A DNA stretch of 63,781 bases, filler included, from Stramenopiles sp. TOSAG23-6 (lineage: Eukaryota): assembly GCA_900128565.1 (NCBI GenBank). It is 9 parts of 9 records of this genome, joined end to end, with 100 filler letters (N's around TTAATTAATTAA, not from the genome) between each part and the next. Parts side by side here need not be neighbours in the genome. Positions count along the whole stretch, not along the records: positions 35,595 to 42,576 come from LT636622.1; positions 42,677 to 49,657 come from LT636623.1; positions 49,758 to 56,722 come from LT636624.1; 6 more parts are not named here. One strand, given 5' to 3'. The notes below the pieces were generated by a model. It ran no database searches, was not told where the DNA came from, and saw only the letters and a list, made by a program, of their open reading frames with translations. The translations under genes were made by a program, and so were the position numbers. Of the stretch, positions 38,388 through 50,305 are shown piece by piece (positions within the stretch are counted from its first letter, which is position 1; each line of letters opens with the position of its first letter).

Positions 38388-38676
38388 CACCCCTAATAGA
38401 ACGTCTGAAAAAAAAAACAACTACAGTAATAAAGCATCGAAAGACATGACGATCGATGCAAAATATTATATAAACTATTGAAAAATTTCCGTTTTTATAT
38501 ACATTTATCAAACTTCGACGATTGCGTCTAACGACTGAAAATAAAAACAAAAATATAGCAACAGTTACGGTTTTAGACGTTTCGGAATATTTTTACATCA
38601 GTCAAAAACGAAATTACACAAGTATACTTTGCCTCTATTAAAATAACAAAGTAAACTTCTGAAACTATTTGTTGGA

Positions 38677-39231
38677 ATGGGTAAAAAGAAAAAGGGAGGG
38701 AAGAAAAAGGGAGGGAAAAAGAAAGGAGGGAAAAAAAAGAAAGGAGGAGGATCTGGTTCGAAACATGTAAATATCGGACGGCCGCCTATGAAAGCAGAAC
38801 CAGATGACTATGTTAAAATTCTAGTTAAATTGTGTCACTGGAACTTTATGGATTTTGAAATGGTTTTACCCACACATACAAAGCTTTTTATCATTAAACG
38901 AAAGCTTATTGAAAAATTTGGGAAAATGGATAACTTTAAAATGTATCGAAGTGATAAAAGTATGTCAATGTTAGAAAAAAATCTTCTTGTTGATGAATTG
39001 TCGACATTAGCTGAAAACGACTTTAAGGGTAAACCTTTCGACCCTACAAAGACGACGTCGGAAGAAGTTGAAAATAAAGTAGATGATGTTCCAGAGGAGA
39101 ATAATGAAGATGACGCAAACGTAGAAGAAATAAATGAAGGTGACGTAGATCTTCCGGAGTATGTAATAATGTTTGACTACACTCCAAACTCAAATGACGC
39201 TCCCCTCCTTCTAGCTGAGACTATATTATAA
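38677..39231 (+). CDS. Hypothetical protein with Lys/Gly-rich N-terminus and possible ubiquitin-like fold
   Basis: Intact ORF, GKKKKGG repeats, beta-grasp-like pattern. Confidence 0.6.
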   Translation: MGKKKKGGKKKGGKKKGGKKKKGGGSGSKHVNIGRPPMKAEPDDYVKILVKLCHWNFMDFEMVLPTHTKLFIIKRKLIEKFGKMDNFKMYRSDKSMSMLEKNLLVDELSTLAENDFKGKPFDPTKTTSEEVENKVDDVPEENNEDDANVEEINEGDVDLPEYVIMFDYTPNSNDAPLLLAETIL

Positions 39232-39724
39232 TTTTTTGTCTACACTCCAAATTCTTCTTTTAGCTGAGACTATATTATAATTTTTTGCCTACACTCCAAA
39301 TTCCAACAATGCTCCACTTCCTCTTGCTTGCTGAGACTGGTACATATTAATTTAAACTGGTGTAATAAATAATCATCAAATATATTTGACTTTGACACTC
39401 CTGTCATGATAAATTTCAAATTGACTTTTTTGTACTAAAATTCGTATCAAACGAATTTGTTTCTGTGACAAGAACATGAAATTCATTATATACCTAATGA
39501 ACTATATTGAGTTAGAGAAAACATTTTGTTTTGAATGTAAGACAAGAGCAACAATAATTTCAAGTAATTAGTGTTTTATATACAAATGGAAAGTACCACA
39601 ATTAACACCAGTATACTTAAATATATACAATACAAATACAAGTAACATATAAAGTCACATATTATTGTCATACTCGTGAGATACAGGTTAGTCGTACTAA
39701 CCCGTAAATTCATAAATTAAATGT

Positions 39725-42576
39725 TCATATAAGAACATCAGATCCTGAGCTACCACTCATCCACTCCATGGACTCATCTTCATCCCAAGACGATTCTTCT
39801 GACAAATCTACCACAGCCTCTTTCTTAGGATGATATTTGTCACCACCTGACATACCCTGTGCATCATCATTGGTGTGTACCTTGGCCATCGGAACTGCAT
39901 CGGCAACAGGATACCTGTCATCATAATTATTGGTGTTACTGTTGTGGCGTTGTGGTTTTCCAGCTCCTTGACCTTTATTATAAGGATTTCGATCTCTTCC
40001 TCTTGAATCTTCCTCTTCCCGTACTTTATCATAAGGATTTCGATCTCTTCTTCTTGAATCATATTCATCATCATCTCGGCCTTTATTATAAGGATTTCGA
40101 TCTCTTCTTCTTGAATCATATTCATCATCATCTTGACCTTTATTATAAGGATTTCGATCCCTTCTTCTTGAATCCTCCTCTTCCCGTACTTTATCATAAG
40201 GATTTCGATCTCTTCCTCTTGAATCATAATCATCATCATCTCGACCTTTATTATAAGGATTTCGATCCCTTCTCCTTGAATCTTCCTCTTCCCGAACTTT
40301 ATCNTAAGGATTTCGATCTCTTCCTCTTGAATCATCTTTCCCCGATCCCCAACGAGATTTCTTCTTTGCATTAGGAGTTCGCTGATCATTAGAGTGAGTA
40401 GTACTCGAAGCAACTTCCATGGCCGAAATAGGAGCAGGATATACTTTAGTACTCTTCAATTTTTCGTCAGATAATGATCCTTTATTTTGGGCCCTGATAG
40501 ATTTAGCATAGTCCTTGACTTCATTCAATTCTTTTTTTCTTTTGCGTCTTACGTAATAATCTTCCAAATAACATCGTATAGGATGATACATACATATCAA
40601 CAATATTCCACTGAGGACTAATATAATAATATTTGAACAAAGAAGAAATTGCCCTAATTTATCATCGCTACTACTTAAAGCTTTTCCAGATAGAAGCAAG
40701 TTGGTATAGTATGTTAAAAAGAGCATAATTTCCAATATTAGCTGTAAAACATTATCTACAGTCCGTTTAAATGGCTTTAAGCCAGTGAATAATGTCAAGA
40801 ACATAGTAGAGACAAACACGGCAACACCATCACGTAACACTCCCTTCTGATATGCAGCCAGCATACCTGTCATCATTACCTTACGCACCATTTCTACACA
40901 TTCATACCACCATAACTGCTGTCGATAACCCAAAAATAATATTCCATAGGCTAAAGTAACTTTTTGATGAGTGTTTCGCATTTCTTTATTTTCTGAAATA
41001 GCGTCGTACATTTCTTTTGACATTTCATCCTCCGCGATAAGCCAGTTTCTGTTTTTATATAAAGTATAGAAACAGAATAAAGGAATTCCTATGATATACA
41101 AAACTGTAAAAATAGTGGCGGACACCATCAATGTCCGGTATCTATCCCCATCACATTCTATACTAATATCAGCGCGAAGATACTCCTTATCATTTAGTGT
41201 AAAGCAGTTAAAAGTACGGAAACATCTCACTGATAAGCCAGGGTAGAGAAAGAAAACGATACCCCACATTATACGTGTCACAGTCATTCTAGCACTAAGT
41301 AAAGTAAATCGCTGTTTACCAAAATGCCTTATAATCATATATGCTGTAAAGTAAGCTAAAAAGCACATACTAACCAAAGCTGGTAACAATGACATATGCG
41401 CATAAAATGCCTCCGCAAAGTCTGCAGAAAAGTTGCAAGGGTAACACCATGCAGCAATCCTTAGTATGTCGCAGTCAAAGAAAAAGAATGAAGAATACAG
41501 TCTTTCAAATTCATGGGGGTATGCCCCCGCAGCACCAGTAGCTCCTAATTGACATATTATTTGAATATAAGACACAACAATTCTAAAGGTTCCGAAAAGT
41601 TCTTCATTGTGTTTTTGTCTGCAAGATTCCGCATGAGTTTGTGTACCTCTCGCTGATGTTGCCTCCAGGCGCTTTCGATGTTTTCGTAATTTACGATCTA
41701 AAAGTGATTCGGGATTCTGCAGTGCTTTTTGTCGTAATTTTCTCATTGTAGCTAGTTGACCTGAACTTGTGTAATTTTGTTTTTGCTCCTTTGTTGATAT
41801 GGCATAATCAAACATAAAATTTTGTTCACGTTGCTTTAGCTTTGATACTTTTGCAATTTTATTCCTTAGCTTTCGTCTCCTTTTTTCAACCATATCGCTA
41901 AACACCTTGTGGTCTGTTCTCAGTGTCATAAACATGAGAAAAACTACATATGCAATTAGACAAGTAACTCCCGCAAGTTCTAGCACACTCGAACTTTTTA
42001 AACGTTCCTTCTCCGAACAATTTGCACACTCCACATTTGAGACTGGAATGATAAATGAACGCGAACCAATTTCCCAATTGCTACCTTCTTCGCAACCAAA
42101 ATTCCACTTTTCAAAACACTGAGATTCACATTCTGCATTAGTGATATCTTTGTTTCCAGCACAAGAAGCAACACACTTGTCGTATTTCTTTTGTGAACAA
42201 CATGTTCCGCACAATGGACCTGTATGTCCTTCAGCACAATTTTGCCAAATACTTCCACCCTGACAAATAGCTTTTGATCTTGAAGCAGGGACTATGTACT
42301 CTGTACAGGCAATTGGACCATCTGTTGAAAACTTATCTGGTGTTGAATAAACGTGACTCGGTACTTGCCAATACCCTGGTGCAAGGGCCATCTTTCTCTC
42401 TTCGTGCTCGGTTACGAGTGCAATACCTTTTTTACAATGTTCAGGATCTTCTGAATTTGATGTAGCAGTTGGGTCAGTTGGGTCAATTGTAGTACATAAT
42501 CCACACATTGTGCCAATTGGACAGAGAGAGCATTGAGTTTGAAGAGTGTCTCTCCCACTAAGCTTTTCAAGTGGAA
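39725..42576 (-). CDS. Cys-rich-ectodomain multi-pass membrane protein (TRP-like C-terminal region) with DRNPY repeats, 5' partial
   Basis: CAEGHTGPLCGTC, YLRADISIEC, YGILFLGYRQQLWWYECVEMVRK; tandem RDRNPYNK repeats 39975-40335. Confidence 0.8.
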
Positions 42577-43745
42577 NNNNNNNNNNNNNNNNNNNNNNNN
42601 NNNNNNNNNNNNNNNNNNNNTTAATTAATTAANNNNNNNNNNNNNNNNNNNNNNNNNNNNNNNNNNNNNNNNNNNNTTGACACGAAATATTTTTTTTTGC
42701 TATTTTTTTTTAAATGACATAATTTATATGCAAAAAAATAGATTGTCTGGCCATTTTTGGATCATAAACTTTAAAATGACGTCATAAAACACTGTAGCTT
42801 CTACAACATGTGTTGATTATTATCATTTCAATTTTAATAATCATCAAATGAAGTTTCCTTCTTTATTGCTTTTCTTACTTTAATGTGAAATTTTTTACTA
42901 AAGTGTTGGAACTGGTACTATGGAAAAAAAATTGAATTTTTCAAACAAGTTGTGATAAAACACGAAATTCGTTAAATCTTGAGAAACCCAATTTCTGAAT
43001 TTCATCCCACGCTCAAATCAGAAAAAACGATGATGTTCACATGAGATAGTAGTCATACAAAATTAACAAGTGAAAAAAAAAACTTGACAACTTTCACGAT
43101 ACAAATGGCATCTGCTATGGATATCGATAAAGCCACAAGCTCGAGCAGCAGTGGCAAAGCTAAAGCACTTGCTCTTGAGCAACAACAACCATCATTTATA
43201 ATTGATGGAATAAACAAATTTTAATATCAGAATAATAAGCTACTATCATATTTTTTTTACGTTTACTTTTATTTTATACTTTTTACATTATTATAAAACA
43301 AAGGCTTACTTATAGTCTTGCAGTCTTCTTAATATAGTTGAATCAATTTTTTTTGACTCTTTATCTGCAATTAAAATTATTAAATAGAAGACGATGCAAC
43401 AAGTAAGTATACATCTATCTACTAGATATTATATATGTTTGTGTCAAAAGCAGCGTATTTGCTTCTTTTAAATAGAAACGTACATGCTCCATGATTACCA
43501 TCTCTCTCTAATTGCAGTTTAACTTTGATAACAACTATACCAGATTCTGCATGTATTGAGCGTTGTGCAAAAATAACATGTATCCAGCGATACAAAAATG
43601 AAACTACATAAAAACATAGACTCTGTTGAAAGGTGAGATTACATTAAGATTATAATTGATAACTCAAAATATTATTCACAGCTCAATAGGACATGTCAAA
43701 CTACACAAAAATTAAAATGAAAAAAAAATGTAGCTAACGATTTTT

Positions 43746-45206
43746 TTAACCCAGTCTGGGAGGGGTCTGTAATTTCTCTATTTCTGCGTCGGTTATTTCC
43801 TCTTTTCTTTCGTAAGCAGTTCGTAATACCTCTCGAAAAGTTGCGTCTTGCAATGTTTTTCCTCGAAGTCTAGGTGTATGTTCTTTCATCATTCGCAATA
43901 CAAAACCAGCTTTCTCTTTTTTTGAGATGTGTATATCCCTTGGGGCTGGTAGTTGCTCATCGTGTTCCAGTAACTTATGACCAATTAATTCAACAAGGTC
44001 AAAATCATCCGCTAATAATGCTAATGCACCTTTAGCAAAACTTAGACGCATTTGTGCCAATTCCAATGAATGAAGGGCATTACCATGTTCTTTCATCTTC
44101 GAAAAGATATTTCTTTTAGACCGACGAAGTGCAGTTTCTGCAATATTTCTCTTCTTATCATTTATTTTGTCATGTCGACGGCCAAAATAATCCAAAACAT
44201 CATCATAAATAAAAGTAAATGGACATAGACAACACCCATTGTCTTTCGTTGCTCCATAGCAATAGCGTACCCTGATTCCAATTAAAGTTAATGTTAGAGT
44301 CACAATGGAAAGCAAAATTCTCATTGCTTTCCATCGGACTTTTATTGTATGCCTAGGAATCATTTTACTATAAATTTGATTCCTATTAGTCCATTTTGTG
44401 CATTCTCTTCCCACTCTTCTCCAATTTGAAAATTGTAACTTGTTTTCTACACATAGATTTTGTTCTTTGTCTAAAGTTGTGCCATTCCACCAGAGAGCAC
44501 ATCTGAAACGACCTTGATCCCTTGTATGTAGTGATAAATTACTTGGGTGCAAGGTAAAATATTTACACTGACACAACGTCTGTATTCGTCTGTGTTTAGC
44601 TGTAGTTTCACAGTTTTCTAATTGCCAACTGTCGGATAATTCCTCTAAATTGACAAAAACGTCCGCAGAATGTTGCTCTACAGTTTCAGTATGTTCTAAT
44701 TGACGAGTCAGCATCAACACTGTAATGGTTGGAGAAAGAGCACAAAGACAACACACTGCGCTGGCCAAAATACAACAGACAGTGCGGATTTTTGATTTAT
44801 TACTATCAAAACGAGTAGAAATTTGCATTTTGTCTTTGCTTACTCGCTTTTCATTTCCATAAAGCCGACCCTCAAGTTGATTAATATCTGGCTCTAGGTT
44901 TAATAGTGTTAAGGCTGATGAGGTGTTAGCATGCATAGTATCGCCTGGTTCTGGATGAACACGTACATGTTCAAGAGAAATAATTTCATCGATTTCATGC
45001 GCTACTTCTGGTTTTGATGCCCTGAGCCCATTTTCTATGTCTGGGGATTTCTCCGACTGGGTAGTCAATTGAGGCTCTGGTTCTGGAAGTTCAATCACTA
45101 GTTCTTCGGTCTCTGGCTCGTTGTCTTTAGCTATCATTCCGGTTATCAGTGATTGAAAAGCAACCACTAAAAGAAACAAACGCAATAATGAACGAAGGTG
45201 AAGCAT
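43746..45206 (-). CDS. Hypothetical membrane protein (signal peptide, 2 TM)
   Basis: 486-aa ORF with three hydrophobic segments. Confidence 0.65.
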   Translation of the reverse strand: MLHLRSLLRLFLLVVAFQSLITGMIAKDNEPETEELVIELPEPEPQLTTQSEKSPDIENGLRASKPEVAHEIDEIISLEHVRVHPEPGDTMHANTSSALTLLNLEPDINQLEGRLYGNEKRVSKDKMQISTRFDSNKSKIRTVCCILASAVCCLCALSPTITVLMLTRQLEHTETVEQHSADVFVNLEELSDSWQLENCETTAKHRRIQTLCQCKYFTLHPSNLSLHTRDQGRFRCALWWNGTTLDKEQNLCVENKLQFSNWRRVGRECTKWTNRNQIYSKMIPRHTIKVRWKAMRILLSIVTLTLTLIGIRVRYCYGATKDNGCCLCPFTFIYDDVLDYFGRRHDKINDKKRNIAETALRRSKRNIFSKMKEHGNALHSLELAQMRLSFAKGALALLADDFDLVELIGHKLLEHDEQLPAPRDIHISKKEKAGFVLRMMKEHTPRLRGKTLQDATFREVLRTAYERKEEITDAEIEKLQTPPRLG

Positions 45207-45369
45207 CTCTACACAATACTTATATAACTTTAAACTCTTGAAATTGACACATGACTTTGGGCCTTGGTATATACTATATTGAAATTCACTTTAACTGGAT
45301 GGTCAAACATGAGCCAAACATGACCAGTGTTTTCAAATTATTAACTTTCAAATTTTTGCGTTTGGTGAA

Positions 45370-45376
45370 CCGGGTA
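45370..45376. promoter_or_regulatory. CCGGGTA promoter motif
   Basis: Divergent promoter upstream of BBS9. Confidence 0.5.
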
Positions 45377-45474
45377 TCAATGAAAAAAAAAGACTAAAAA
45401 CACTCGTAAAAAATTACAGGAACCTGTAGAGGATTATAATTTTTAAATTTTAGTTTATTGCAAAGACAAGAGGG

Positions 45475-48458
45475 ATGTCCCTTTTTTCTGCCCGTGAGTG
45501 GTGGTCTGTCAGAGGAAGTGCAAACGAGGAATTTGACAGTGGTTGCTTATGTGTGGGTGACGTTACTAATGAAAAAAAATACACCAACAAAATTGTCGTT
45601 GGTAATTTACAAGGAATGTTGCGTGTATATAGTCCGAATACGCAAGAATATAATATAGATCATCTTTTGCTTGAACAACAACTTTCATATCCTATATTAC
45701 AAGTAGAAGCTGGTTGTTTTTGTTCTTCACTGGGTAAAAAAACATGCATTGCAATTTTACATCCACGAAAATTAGTAGTTTATTCATTAAATCCAAAAGG
45801 AAGTTTTGAAGATCAAAAAATGGAGGAAACTGCAGCTACCAAAAGTAACGATAAATTAAGTGCAACATACTATGAATTGGTCAAGATCTACGAGCATGTG
45901 CTAGGAATTAAAGGACTCCACTTTACATCTCGAGGAATGACTTGTGGTCCATTCGGTGGTGTTACTGGTAAAGATTATATTTGCGTTCAAAGTATGGATG
46001 GCCAGCTTGCATTCTTTGAACAAGAAGTTCACGCATTTACTCGCTATTTGCAATCTTGTTTACTGCCCGGTCCAATATGTTATGTTCCTCCTACCGATAG
46101 CTTTGTGACGTGCAACTCTCGGATGGAAATCGAAAGTTACACATATCACGTACTTGCTTCGGCAGGTTCAGTGACAGAAACTGTAACAATGAAGCAAGCA
46201 AATTTGTCGGGTATTTTGAGTTCAAATGAAAGAGTTAGTGGAGGAAGAAAATTACTAAAAACAAATTGGAAGCTAAATATTGGAGAGTACGCTAATTTTA
46301 TTTCTGTGGCACATTTTTTGCCAACTATACAACCGGTTATTATTATTCTTGGAGAGAGAACATTATTTTGTGTTGACGTGGAAGGGGTACTAATGATGCA
46401 GGTAAGATTACCATACACTGCTGCGTGTATGGTGTCGTTTAAAGTAGGAATCAGTGCTGTAAAAACTAACCCAGTCATACGCTCAGATGATACTCCATTT
46501 ATCAATAATAGTTTAGATAATTTGGTAATATTAACAAATGAAGGTCGTATGATGGTTTATAGTTGTAGGCCAGATTCAAATGCGACAAATAAAGAATCTT
46601 CACTGGATCAGAAATCAAGTGGAAATGGTATTGTTTCAAATCCAAGCGGGAATTACTCAAAAAGTAAAGGTACTTCCGTTGTATGTCGTCTCATTTGGGC
46701 ATCAAAGTTGGCTGTAACTACACATTATGCAGTTGCAGTTCGCGTCGCATCATTTGGTGGATGTCGTGGTCTTATTTGTGTATTGGATGAATCCGGTACG
46801 CTTTGTCTAAGTTATTTAGGAACAACACCGCCATCAAAAAGCTCCGGCTTCCTTGGCGACTCGAAAGATTTGAACTATGATGAAATGGACATAGAACATC
46901 GCAAATTGCTAGAAAAAATACGAAAAAGTCAATCGAATATTGGTAGAATCAACAAACCATCCTCTTCATTGGTTTTAAAAGCACAAGTTCCGTCTTTAGT
47001 ATCAGTTGCTGATACATCTGTTATAGATTGTGGTCTAGTAAATACTGACGATATTACTGTCGCTGGGCAAAGACTAACTGAATCACGTACTACTGGAGAT
47101 CGTATTGTTGAGGTGATAGTGAGACTGTATGTAACNCAAACTGATACAGATACATTATATAACATTAATCTTGCTATATTCGCTCCAGTATGTGTGCTTT
47201 TACCTTCAAAGTCAATACAAATATCTTCCATTGATGGTAGCTCCAAGGAGCCTCTATTAATACCTTTGCGATTCCAAGTTTGTAAAGAATTTCTTGTCAC
47301 CCAACTAAATGTGAATATTGTTGCAGCATATACAACTAGTGATAGCCAAGAACCTCGTACAAGCAAGTGTAGCTTTCGTCTACCTTTTTGTCTTGTTTGT
47401 CGTGTTGTTCCACCAATTAAAAACACTGCATTCAAATTTACAATAAAGGTGAATCAAGAAACTCCACCATTGGGTGATATGTTTGCAGATATGCTCCAGC
47501 AACCAGAAATAGACAAAAAAATTCGCCAGAAATGCGTTCAAAATTCTGCAAATGTTATAACTTTTCTGTATAGAAATGATATTGACTGCTCTATTTTAGT
47601 ATCAAAAACAAAGGAACAAGGAACACGAAGATATCGAATACAAAGCTCTCAATTAGATGCACTTATCGTTGTTGCAGAAGAACTAATACGAAGGATAAAA
47701 AGTTCATATGATGTTGGTAAATCTTTTGATATTGGTGAGAAGAAACATGAAGATCCAATAAGCGATTTAAAAATATCATATGAAGATCCTCTCCCATTAG
47801 CAGATTTCTTTTCTAAAATTGATAATCACTTCAATTGCAGAAAAATACTCAAAGAACAATTACGTCTTTTGGAGAGTACATTTCATCATGAATTCCAGAT
47901 TTATATATATTTTTCATAGAAAATTTTGTACCTAACAATTTTTTTTACTAAACAATTTTTTTTCACAATACATGTAGAGCGCATCAGTTTCGTGTTATAC
48001 AAAAGCGAATGTTGCTTCGTTTTAAAGATAAAAATTCACCACCTTTACAGCACTTAGATGTCCTTCTAAGTAGTACACATAATGAACTCATGTCAATGGG
48101 GGACACAGTTGTGAAAAGTCAAAATGTCCTTTCTGAATCTTCACGACAATTATCATCAACGTTAATACTTCTTCTATTACTTATGAAGTATAGGTTTGAT
48201 TTATCAGATGAGGAAATGCATATACTAGAAGCTACAATATCTCCATGTATTAGTGATGACGATGAAGAGGGTTGGGAGGAAAGAACCGATGCTGCAGTGA
48301 CTCATTTACTTAGGAATGTGCTCTCCAAGACGGCTTCAAGTGAAAAGGCATCAAGTATTTCTACTTTTCTAAAAATGCCAAAAAAAACAACCAAATTGAA
48401 GAAACATATTTCTATTTTATGTGATAGGCTTTCTAAAGGTGGTAAACTTATTTCCTAA
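45475..48458 (+). CDS. BBS9: Bardet-Biedl syndrome 9 (PTHB1); intron 47876-47973
   Basis: MSLFSAREWW, ICVQSMDG, YLGT and spliced RAHQFRVIQKRMLLRFKDK, GWEE. Confidence 0.95.
47876..47973 (+). mobile_element. Introner intron GT..AT, preceded by GA
   Basis: Restores the BBS9 RAxQFR motif. Confidence 0.88.
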
Positions 48459-48647
48459 TATAAATACAACATTATTTTCAAAACATTTATCTTTTCTTCA
48501 AAAAATACAAATATTTGTTATAGTCTCAGTGACACAGGCTTGATTTTATACTTTTAGAAAGATTTCTAACCAAGAACTAGAAATGTACAAAGGTTTCAAA
48601 AGACCATCAATTTGTCGAATTTTTTATGCAAAGGTTTCAAAAGACCA

Positions 48648-48974
48648 TCAATTTGCCGTATTTTTTATAATACTCGAATACCGAGCCAAAAGAGCTTCTT
48701 TCTTTTGCTTTAAGATTAGTGATTCTATCGTAGACTGAGTTGGGACTGTTACATTCGTATGAAATACAGAGGCGTCGTCACAATCTTCTTCGGATGACGA
48801 ATAATTATCGGGGGATTCGTTTCTATGAACTTCCCACTTTGTCCTTGCTTGTGTTAAAGCCAACGATTCAGCTTCTGCTTCAACATGCAACAAAATACCA
48901 TCTTCTTCGTCGCGGTAACCATAATAATCTAAATCTATATTTTGAATTATTTCGTGTCGACTCAAAATTGTCAT
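48648..48974 (-). pseudogene. ISY1: ISY1 C-terminal fragment
   Basis: IDLDYYGYRDEEDGILL and VPTQSTIESLILKQKKEALLARY; N-terminal half absent. Confidence 0.7.
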
Positions 48975-49170
48975 GTATAGACTCTTTCTCGAGAAATATT
49001 AAACATCAATCAAATTTATAGTAGAGTTGACTCAGTAAAGTTGATGATTACAATAGGGGTATATAAAAAGCTTGTAAATAAAATTAAAACATTTAGGGTT
49101 AAAAAAAAATCTTAATTCAATCAAATTTTATTTCCCTCAAACACTGATGGATACATATATATACTACCTA

Positions 49171-49606
49171 CTAGATCCCACCATATTTTTTATGATATTT
49201 ATTCATCTTGGGCTTATTTTCATAATCATCAGACAATAAACTATTTTCTTCATTAAACCCAACCACTCCAATGTTTTCATCCTTATATAAAACTTTCTCA
49301 ATAGATGGCATGATTTGACTATTTTTCGTGCGATTATATTCTATATATGAGTACCCTAATTTTTTTAAAATATGTCAAAATTCAAAATTTGTGAATATAT
49401 TAACATTAGATACGAAATTTGGTACAAAATTAAATTTTAAAAAGAATTAAATTCAAAAAAAAAAAAATGAAAACGTACAGGTAAATCCTAAACATGCAAT
49501 TAAAATTCCTATCCAATTGTGTACAGGAAGATGAACTCCAAATAAAGGGACTGTGACTAAAACAATCAGTGGTACTTTTGCACACATTAAAACAGTGCAA
49601 TACACA
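49171..49606 (-). CDS. Nucleotide-sugar/triose-phosphate transporter C-terminus, 5' partial; intron 49356-49478
   Basis: KVPLIVLVTVPLFG...NWIGILIACLGFTWYSY after splicing. Confidence 0.7.
49356..49478 (-). mobile_element. Diverged introner intron GT..AG, preceded by CT
   Basis: GTACGTTTT donor, palindromic core; restores GFTWYS. Confidence 0.8.
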
Positions 49607-50305
49607 TTCATTATGAAAAATATTTCAAAAATTAAAATCGTTAGGTACAAAATTTCGNNNNNNNNNNNNNNNNNNNNNNNNNNNNNNNNNNNNNNNNNNN
49701 NTTAATTAATTAANNNNNNNNNNNNNNNNNNNNNNNNNNNNNNNNNNNNNNNNNNNNTATGTAATGAAAACACATTATTAAGAATAATATACTTTTGTAG
49801 TTCTTGTAGTTAGGACTACACGTAATAAGTATACTACGTAAGTTGACTCAAGTGTAAATTCTGAGATGAAATTGAAAAAGAGATTTTTGATTTGAGATTT
49901 GGCATTTCGAAAAGTTTGAAATTTTGAATTTTTTGTTTTTTTTTTCGTACGAAATTTCATAGCTAACAAAAACAATTTAAAAAAAATATATTTTCCTACA
50001 ATAAATGTAAACAGAAGTTTTACTAGATATATTCTATTTAATTTAGAATTTGGTTTAGTAGAGAAAAAGAACTCATAGCATTGAGTAAACTGTTGTAATT
50101 CATACAAAAAAGTGCTTACTATTAGATTGAATTTAAATTAGATCACAGATAAAAAAAATGAATTTCTTAATTTATAGCGGCTTTTTTTGTTTGCGTTTTT
50201 TGACCACGTGTCGTCGTGCGTACCCAACCAACAAGAACTTCGAAGTTGTTCGGTACCACCAAGGTCTTCATATTACCTAATACTTGCGCAACGTAAAAAA
50301 GCATT

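Noticed and set aside
39975-40335. Tandem ~57-63 bp repeats
   Set aside because: Coding RDRNPY repeats in the membrane protein tail.
43105-43224. 39-codon ORF MASAMDIDKATSSSSSGKAKA
   Set aside because: Looks like an N-terminal gene relic but is too short to assign.
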